A DNA stretch of 64,000 nt, taken from positions 47,246,001-47,310,000 of the forward strand of contig OZ076409.1 in NCBI GenBank assembly GCA_964187785.1, given 5' to 3'. The translations under genes and the position numbers were made by a program. Positions 63,546 to 64,000 of the stretch are shown in pieces. The notes under the pieces are model-generated. The model worked only from the letters and a program-made list of their open reading frames with translations. It was not told the DNA's origin and did no database searches. The first letter of the stretch is position 1; each line of letters opens with the position of its first letter. Origin of the DNA: Amphiscolops sp. MND2022 (Eukaryota).

Positions 63546-64000
63546 TGTGAGAGAGAGCTAACTTAACGTCTCTGTCTAGAAAAGACAAATTGTTGTCTAA
63601 ACTTTATTATATATTTGTAAACAAGAATCGAACTGAAGCATAATCAAAAATAGATCATTTGCCACATGGTCTTAGTACAGCTCAGCAGTACATTCTTGTC
63701 ATCAATTACCATTCATCAGTATTTACCAGAATAGCTAAAAGTGTCCTCCAACATGGCGCTGCGAGAAACAACAGAAGCAGGCGGGAAGCCAGGAGCAGGC
63801 GGAGCATCAGCTTTAGCAGGACTGCCAGCATATTGGGATATGCCAGAATACCCTCCTAAAAAAGAATGGGGAAAATGGTGGAATTTGTTCCTGATGGCAG
63901 TAAATGCAAAATATTCCATTTAGGTTACAGAACTAACAAGAGTCCCGACACAACAACGACCACGCCAAGCAGCATTGATAAACAACCTCAACGAGGAAGC
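63546..64000 (+). mobile_element. 5' end of a Ty3/Gypsy element (LTR 63546-63753, PBS, gag start), inserted in a HINE-family repeat
   Basis: TG...ACA followed by TGGCGCTGCGAG; gag-like GLPAYWD..EW.KWW.LFLMAV.AK, related to the 16406-22102 element. Confidence 0.75.

Overview
AT-rich, repeat-dense genomic DNA of an intron-containing eukaryote, most likely an invertebrate animal, with a 200-N gap at 5766-5965. The main feature is a complete 14,999-bp Polinton/Maverick (adintovirus-like) endogenous virus at 47019-62017. It has AGTAGT...ACTACT ends, long TIRs and a perfect 6-bp TSD (TAATGC), and sits in an intron of a sphingosine-1-phosphate lyase (SGPL1-like) gene, four exons of which can be traced. 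It encodes an adenain-like protease, minor and major capsid proteins, an rve integrase, a protein-primed PolB and, unusually, two A32/FtsK-like ATPases, one with Zn fingers and one with a membrane anchor. Several ORFs are broken. Unexplained layers inside it are strongly enriched GCGAAGC mini-hairpin islets that lie within coding frames, a structured Pol III-like (VA-RNA-like) segment in both TIRs, a shared TAAATG start context, and a two-TM protein with ESCRT late-domain-like motifs. The rest of the window holds a 2.2-kb Tc1/mariner-ended foldback element in a minisatellite, decayed Ty3/Gypsy elements, a truncated CR1-type LINE, Helentron-type (HINE/DINE-1-like) repeats, MITEs, two tandem duplications, several perfect palindromes, and + strand exons encoding repeated copies of one uncharacterised domain. 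All calls come from reading motifs by eye; no database search was run.
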